Made by a program: the position numbers and the translations under genes | Notes under the pieces: model-generated | Seen by the model: the letters and a program-made list of their open reading frames with translations, nothing else | The model's database searches: none | Told to the model about the DNA's origin: nothing | Shown: positions 58,495 to 64,000 of the stretch, in pieces | How the letters are laid out: every line of letters starts with the position of its first letter | How positions within the stretch are numbered: position 1 is the stretch's first letter | Source: Candidatus Latescibacterota bacterium | Lineage (GTDB): Bacteria > Latescibacterota > UBA2968 | DNA length: 64,000 nucleotides | Direction: 5' to 3' | Assembly (NCBI GenBank): GCA_965208125.1 | Contig: OZ242320.1 | Location: 2,976,001-3,040,000, forward strand

Positions 58495-60663
58495 ATGAAA
58501 CGCGATGCGAATAAAATTATAATACCAGGTGTAAAGGGCGAGGTGTGCATTCAGCGGATGGCGCATGGGTTTCCGCATATTTCGGCGCGGGATGAAGGGG
58601 ACCGGTATTACGGTCTGGGGTATGCACATGGCCGGGATAGGCAGATGCATATGTGGTTGCTGAAGCTCATCGGGCGCGGGAATGCGTCGGCATATCTGAA
58701 AGCGGATGACGAGTTGATTGAGGTAGATCGGTTTATGCGCTGGCTCGATATAGCGGGCGATGCGGATCGGGAAGCGCGACATTTGTCACCTGATGTGCAA
58801 GCGGTTCTGGATGCGTATTGCAAGGGGGTGAATCAGGCGGTTCGCGCAATGGGAACGCCTTTTGAGTTTAAGCTGATGGGATATCGACCAGATGATTGGA
58901 CGCCGGCAGATGCCTTGCTGATGGTTAAGTTGATCGGTTTTGTGGGGCTTTCGCAAATGCAGGGCGATATGGAGAAGTTGATTGTTCAGTTGATTCAAAA
59001 GGGTCTGGATACGGAGCGACTAAAGACGCTTTTTCCGGCGATTCGGGACGATATATCAGAAGAGTACATCGATCTGATAAAGAAGGTGCGTCTGGTGCGT
59101 CCGATGATTCCGACATCTGTGGTGTGGCGCGATTTGTTGCCCGATTTTTCCGCGAGCAATAATTGGGCTGTGCGTCCGTCAAAGACGGCATCTGGATGGG
59201 CGATGATGTGCGGGGATCCACATCTGCAATTGCAATTGCCTTCGGTGTGGTATCTGGCGGTGCTGTCTGGGGACGATGATTATTTGATGGGTGCGACGCT
59301 GCCGGGGTTGCCGGTTGTGGCTATGGGACGATCACCCCATCTGTCGTGGGCAGCGACCTATGGTACGGCCGATGTGTGTGATTATTTTTTGGAGGAGGTG
59401 AAGGATGGGAAGTATAGATGTGGGGATAAATGGGTGCCTCTGCGCGTGCGAGAAGAGGTTATTCGGCCTAAGAAGCGGGATCCGATAGGGTTGCGCGTTT
59501 GCGAGACAGAGCGCGGTTTGTTGGAGGGCGAGGTTGAGGAGGATGGGTTTTACCTGTGTTATGCGTGGACGGGTAAGCAGCAAGAAGGGACGGGTGCGAA
59601 TGCGTTGGATTGTGTTTTGCGGATTACAAAATCGAAGGGTGTTGAAGAGGCACGAGATTATTTTGCGGGGTTGACGTTTGCGCCGTTTAATTGGGTGTTT
59701 GCAGATCGGGCGGGGAATATTGGCTATCAACTCGGGGGGCTGGTGCCCAAACAACCCGAAGGTTCATCGGGTTTGCTTCCGTATTTGGGGTGGGATGAGA
59801 AACAGAATTGGGATGGGATGGTTGATCCGATATTGTATCCGCGTGCGATGAATCCCGAATGTGATTTTATTGTGACGGCAAATCAGGATCTCAATTTTAT
59901 GGGGCAGTTCGCGCCAATGAAATTGTCGATTTCGTCTTATCGCGCGGATCGAATTTGCGAGATGTTGCGGGAGAAGGATGATTTAACAGTAGAGGATATG
60001 AAGCAGATTCACTGCGATCTTTACGCGCTTCAGGCCAGGGAGTTTATGGCAATTATACGTCCGTTGTTACCAGAATCGGAAAACGGGAATATATTGCGGG
60101 ATTGGGATTTGTGTTATGATGCGGATTCTCTGGGTGCGACGCTTTTTGAACGCGTTTATCGCGAACTCGTTTTGCTCGTTTTTGGGGATCATGGTTTGGG
60201 GCGCGAGATGGTGACGTTTTTGCTGGATGGTACGACGTTGTTCAGTGTTCTGCACGGGTATTTTGATCGCATTCTTTTGAGCGAGGCGTCGGTCTGGTTT
60301 GGAGATCAGCCGCGTGAGGTTCTTTATCAAATGGCGATTGAACGCGGGTTAAGGGAGAAAGCCGTGCCGCATGGCGAAGTGAGCAGGGTTTATATTGAGC
60401 ATATTTTTTTCAGGGGGAAGTTGCCGAGGTTTTTGGGTTTTGATTATTCGCTTGCGAATACTGGGAGTCGGTCAACGGTTTCGCAGGCTGGTGTGTTCAA
60501 AGGTGGCGCGCTTGCACCCACTTTTCGAATGATTTGCGATTTTGGGGAGGATGTTCTACACGCGAATGTCGCGGGCGGTGCTTCAGATCGCCGTTTTTCC
60601 AAATTCTATACGTCGGGGTTGGATGCGTGGGCGCAAGGTGAGTACGAGGTTTTAGGACTATAA
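58495..60663 (+). CDS. Penicillin acylase family (S45) Ntn hydrolase
   Basis: GFPHISA, GLGYAHGRDR, SNNWAV, GDPHL; no obvious signal peptide. Confidence 0.92.
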   Translation: MKRDANKIIIPGVKGEVCIQRMAHGFPHISARDEGDRYYGLGYAHGRDRQMHMWLLKLIGRGNASAYLKADDELIEVDRFMRWLDIAGDADREARHLSPDVQAVLDAYCKGVNQAVRAMGTPFEFKLMGYRPDDWTPADALLMVKLIGFVGLSQMQGDMEKLIVQLIQKGLDTERLKTLFPAIRDDISEEYIDLIKKVRLVRPMIPTSVVWRDLLPDFSASNNWAVRPSKTASGWAMMCGDPHLQLQLPSVWYLAVLSGDDDYLMGATLPGLPVVAMGRSPHLSWAATYGTADVCDYFLEEVKDGKYRCGDKWVPLRVREEVIRPKKRDPIGLRVCETERGLLEGEVEEDGFYLCYAWTGKQQEGTGANALDCVLRITKSKGVEEARDYFAGLTFAPFNWVFADRAGNIGYQLGGLVPKQPEGSSGLLPYLGWDEKQNWDGMVDPILYPRAMNPECDFIVTANQDLNFMGQFAPMKLSISSYRADRICEMLREKDDLTVEDMKQIHCDLYALQAREFMAIIRPLLPESENGNILRDWDLCYDADSLGATLFERVYRELVLLVFGDHGLGREMVTFLLDGTTLFSVLHGYFDRILLSEASVWFGDQPREVLYQMAIERGLREKAVPHGEVSRVYIEHIFFRGKLPRFLGFDYSLANTGSRSTVSQAGVFKGGALAPTFRMICDFGEDVLHANVAGGASDRRFSKFYTSGLDAWAQGEYEVLGL

Positions 60664-60674
60664 AGGGCTGACCG

Positions 60675-62048
60675 CTAACGGGTTGCTCTGTTAATGCCTT
60701 TGATTTTTTGATTTGCTTTGGCGCGCTGGTCGATTTCTTCGGGTGTGACGATGTTGTGGAGGTCGGCGCGGAGGTCGGAGAGGATGTCGGCACAGGTGGG
60801 GTCGTCGGCGCGATTCTCGGTTTCGTCGGGGTCGTTGGCGATGTTGAATAACTGGTCTGGCAGGCCGACGTAGTGGATGTATTTCCAGTCGCCTTTTTTG
60901 ATCATGAAGCCGCCGTTTAGAGCGCCCTGGGCGTGATATTCGCTGAAGATGGGGCGGTCGGAAAAGGCGTGACCGTGGATGGCGGGGAGGAGGCTGCTGC
61001 CGGGTAAAGGCGCGGGATCCTGTTCGGCGAGGTCGAGAAGGGTGGGGAGGATGTCGATGAGGTTGGCTCCTGCGGCGATGCGCTGGTTGCCCTCGGCGTT
61101 TGGATGGCGAATGATCATGGGGACGCGTACGGCGTGTTCGTAAAAGCATTGTTTTTGCCATATACCGTGATGTCCACCCATTTCGCCGTGGTCGCTGACG
61201 TAGATGACGACGGTGTTGTCGCGCAGGGATGAGTTATCGACAATGTGGAGCAAGCGACCGACGAGGTCGTCGGTGAAAGAGATGAGGCCGTAGTAAGCAG
61301 CGGTTGCGGTGGTGGAGATGGCGTCGGGCAAGGGTTCTTCGTTGCGTAGCCAGTGGCGGAGTTGCTGGATGGAAGGGTGCTGGGTATCGCAGGGTTCGGT
61401 TCTCGTGTGTGGCAAGATGACGCGGTCGGGATAGTAGCGGTCGAAGTATTCTTGCGGGCACAGGAGGGGGAAGTGGGGGTTCATGAAGCCGGTGTAGAGG
61501 AAGAAGGGACGGTCGGCGTATTGTGCGCGGGATTTGAGGAAGCGTTCGGAGAGGTCAGTAGCTGTGCTGTCGTAGTCGTTTTGCCAGTTTTCCCCGGGAC
61601 CGCATTCGGTGACGTGGCTGTTGCTGCCGCGCCGGTTGTCGGGTGTGCGCGAGGGAGCACCCATATTCCAGTGTTTCCATTTTTCTGCGTCGTCCATGAG
61701 CCGTTTGCCAAAGCCGTGCAGGCGTTCGGGACCTATGAAGTGGGTGCGGCCACAGACTGCGGTTTCGTAGCCCGCGGCTTCGAGGTAGCTGCCCATTGTG
61801 GGGATTGTTCCCGCGAGGGGCGAGCCGTTGTCCCAGGTGCCGATCTGGTGGACGTATTGTCCGGTCATAAAGGACATGCGTGCCGGTACGCATATCGGGC
61901 AGGCGGTATAGGCATTGTCAAAGGTGGTGCCTTCGGATGCGAGGCGGTCCATGTGTGGCGTTTCGATATGGGGGTGGCCGTAACAACCGGTGACTGAGGG
62001 GTCGTGTTCGTCGCTCATGATGAGCAAGATGTTGGGACGCTGGTTCAT
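60675..62048 (-). CDS. Choline-sulfatase-like sulfatase
   Basis: PNILLIMSDEH, CVPARMSFMTG, SDHGEMGG. Confidence 0.9.
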   Translation of the reverse strand: MNQRPNILLIMSDEHDPSVTGCYGHPHIETPHMDRLASEGTTFDNAYTACPICVPARMSFMTGQYVHQIGTWDNGSPLAGTIPTMGSYLEAAGYETAVCGRTHFIGPERLHGFGKRLMDDAEKWKHWNMGAPSRTPDNRRGSNSHVTECGPGENWQNDYDSTATDLSERFLKSRAQYADRPFFLYTGFMNPHFPLLCPQEYFDRYYPDRVILPHTRTEPCDTQHPSIQQLRHWLRNEEPLPDAISTTATAAYYGLISFTDDLVGRLLHIVDNSSLRDNTVVIYVSDHGEMGGHHGIWQKQCFYEHAVRVPMIIRHPNAEGNQRIAAGANLIDILPTLLDLAEQDPAPLPGSSLLPAIHGHAFSDRPIFSEYHAQGALNGGFMIKKGDWKYIHYVGLPDQLFNIANDPDETENRADDPTCADILSDLRADLHNIVTPEEIDQRAKANQKIKGINRATR

Positions 62049-62049
62049 G

Positions 62050-63480
62050 CTAATATCTTCCTATGCGTTCGGGACCGGGGTCGGTGCATATAACGGTGTG
62101 GTCGAAGTTTTGTTTTATGAGCTGGTATTTCAGATCTGTGTGGGATGGATCTTCCCAGAGGTTGTGAAATTCATCGGGGTCTTCTTGCAGGTCGTAGAGT
62201 TCGCCATAGTTTTCGCCGTGATAGGCGACGAGTTTGTAGCGGTTGTTGCGCAACATGGTGGCCCAACATGGCGTGTGTTTTTCAGAGGCGTGTGGGGCGA
62301 ATTTATCGACGACATCGTAGTATTCACAGCGCACAAATTCGTGGTGCGCGTGACCGGGATTTTCGCCTGTGAGAATGGGGATGAGGGATTTGCCGTGTGT
62401 CCATTCGAGAGGAATACCGGCGAGGTCGGCGAGGGTGGGCGCAATGTCTAAGAGCGCAGTGAGGCCGTCTGCGCGGTGGCCCTGGAGAAAGGTGCCGGGC
62501 CACGAGATGATGAGGGGGACTCGCACGAGGGCTTCGTAGAAGCGGCAACCTTTGCCGGTGAGGCCGTGATCGCCGAGCATTTCGCCGTGGTCGCTCGTGA
62601 AGATGACGACGGTGTTTTCGCGTTGACCCGTGCGCTCAAGTGCATTGAGCATGCGACCGACGTTTTCGTCGATGAGGGCGATCATGCCGTAGTAAGACGC
62701 TTTGTTGTGCTGTTCGCGGTCACCTGGCGGGTTGCCTTCCTTGTCAGCAAAAAAGCGTTTGAGCCGCGTTTGTGTTTGCAGGTCACTTTCGCAAAATAGC
62801 GGCGGTGGCAGGTCGGTGGGATTGTATTTGTGCGTGTCGGGGGCGTCAAAAGGTCCGTGTGGGTCAAAGGGATTGACGCTCATGAGATAGGGGCCGTCGT
62901 GGGGAGATTCGATAAATTCAATGGCGCGGTCCGCACACCAGGTGGTCTGGTGGTGTTGGGGATTCATGTCGGGACGATAGTTGCCATACGTGCCGTCTTT
63001 TTTTGTTTGAAAGACGTCGCCGAGGTCTATGCCCTGTTCGGTGAGCCAGTCGGTGTACTGGTTGCCAATTCCGATACCTTGATTGTGCGAGTGGCTGTAC
63101 CAGAATTTGCGATATCCATCGTCAACGCGTTGTTCTTCGCCGTTCCAGGCCGAGGCGAGGTGGAGTTTTCCCGATAAGCCGCAATCGTATCCGACATCTG
63201 CGAGGCGTTTGGTGATGAGTTGTACGCGTTCATTTGCCGGGAAATAAGCATTGCCATTGCGATTGCCGTGTACAGTGCTGGGATATAGCCCGGTGAGAAA
63301 GCTGGAGCGGCTGGGCGTGCATATCGCGCTCTGGCAGTGGGCCTGTGTGAATGCTACGCCTTCGGCGCAGAGGCGGTCGAGGTTGGGCGTCTGGATGTGT
63401 TCATTGCCGAGGGCGTGGATGGTGTCGTAGCGTTGTTGATCGGTGCAGATCCAGAGGATGTTGGGGCGTTTTGATGTCAA
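62050..63480 (-). CDS. Sulfatase
   Basis: PNILWICTDQQR, CTPSR, GKLH; TTG start after GAGGAG. Confidence 0.92.
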   Translation of the reverse strand: MTSKRPNILWICTDQQRYDTIHALGNEHIQTPNLDRLCAEGVAFTQAHCQSAICTPSRSSFLTGLYPSTVHGNRNGNAYFPANERVQLITKRLADVGYDCGLSGKLHLASAWNGEEQRVDDGYRKFWYSHSHNQGIGIGNQYTDWLTEQGIDLGDVFQTKKDGTYGNYRPDMNPQHHQTTWCADRAIEFIESPHDGPYLMSVNPFDPHGPFDAPDTHKYNPTDLPPPLFCESDLQTQTRLKRFFADKEGNPPGDREQHNKASYYGMIALIDENVGRMLNALERTGQRENTVVIFTSDHGEMLGDHGLTGKGCRFYEALVRVPLIISWPGTFLQGHRADGLTALLDIAPTLADLAGIPLEWTHGKSLIPILTGENPGHAHHEFVRCEYYDVVDKFAPHASEKHTPCWATMLRNNRYKLVAYHGENYGELYDLQEDPDEFHNLWEDPSHTDLKYQLIKQNFDHTVICTDPGPERIGRY

Positions 63481-63491
63481 TGGTGGTCTCC

Positions 63492-64000
63492 TCAATCGCG
63501 CGCGCCTCTGATAACGCGGCCGTTTTCGATCCAGTGATCGCGGTAAAAGGTAGTGGGTTCAAAGGTGTCGTTTAGTGCGTCCATGCGCGTCCGAATCTGG
63601 TCGCGGTAATGCTGGATTGTTCTGGCATGGTCAGGGCTGCTGGCGAGATTGTGCAATTGCAGGGGGTCTTCGCGGTGATTGTAGAGGGATTCTCCATGTT
63701 TTTCAATGGCATAGGTATATTGTTTGTCGCGCAAGGCACGCCATTCAAAGCCATCGTCCCAATCGACACTGGGGCCCATGCCCTGCAAGAATGCAGCTTC
63801 GGGTTCTTTTCCAGGCTGACCAAATGCGCAATGCGAAAGGTCAAATCCATCGATACCATCTGGGATATCGATGTTCAGGAGTGAGAGCAGCGTGGGCATG
63901 ATATCGGGTGTGTTGAGGCAGGCATCGCTTTCAGAGTTGGGTGCGATGCGATTGGGCCAGCGCATGAGAAAGGGGACGCGAGCGGCTTCTTCATAGTAGA
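63492..64000 (-). CDS. Sulfatase, C-terminal part (start outside the window)
   Basis: YEEAARVPFLMRWP, DIMPTLL, LYN..EDP.QLHNLA. Confidence 0.85.
   Translation of the reverse strand, partial: YYEEAARVPFLMRWPNRIAPNSESDACLNTPDIMPTLLSLLNIDIPDGIDGFDLSHCAFGQPGKEPEAAFLQGMGPSVDWDDGFEWRALRDKQYTYAIEKHGESLYNHREDPLQLHNLASSPDHARTIQHYRDQIRTRMDALNDTFEPTTFYRDHWIENGRVIRGARD

Overview
A gene-dense bacterial chromosomal segment with about 65 CDSs. I found no rRNA, tRNA, CRISPR array or intact transposase. The content (five sulfatases, PhyH, a CehA/McbA hydrolase, a GHL10-like protein, a dockerin-like/YVTN protein, an FCB-type exbB-exbD-exbD-tonB cluster) suggests a Latescibacterota/Gemmatimonadota-like organism; this placement is inference. 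The main highlight is an ~11 kb minus-strand envelope-stress superoperon (23163->12366) behind a consensus sigma-54 promoter with PspF-like enhancer boxes. It encodes PspA (bacterial ESCRT-III), a membrane partner, three PspB-like paralogs, an unannotated 57-aa membrane protein, an ECF sigma factor, NfeD plus flotillin, a soluble TPR histidine kinase, a PspF-like activator with a receiver domain that lacks the PspA-binding Trp, a membrane PP2C phosphatase and thiI. Other highlights: (i) an unannotated promoter/leader-peptide/terminator attenuator upstream of guaB; (ii) an ECF sigma, anti-sigma-like protein and exported caspase/beta-barrel module followed by an S41 peptidase relic; (iii) a solute-binding protein, output-less HAMP protein and OFA-type MFS trio; (iv) several in-frame deletion scars; (v) a consensus sigma-54 promoter upstream of comM. 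All family calls come from visual motif recognition, with no database search.
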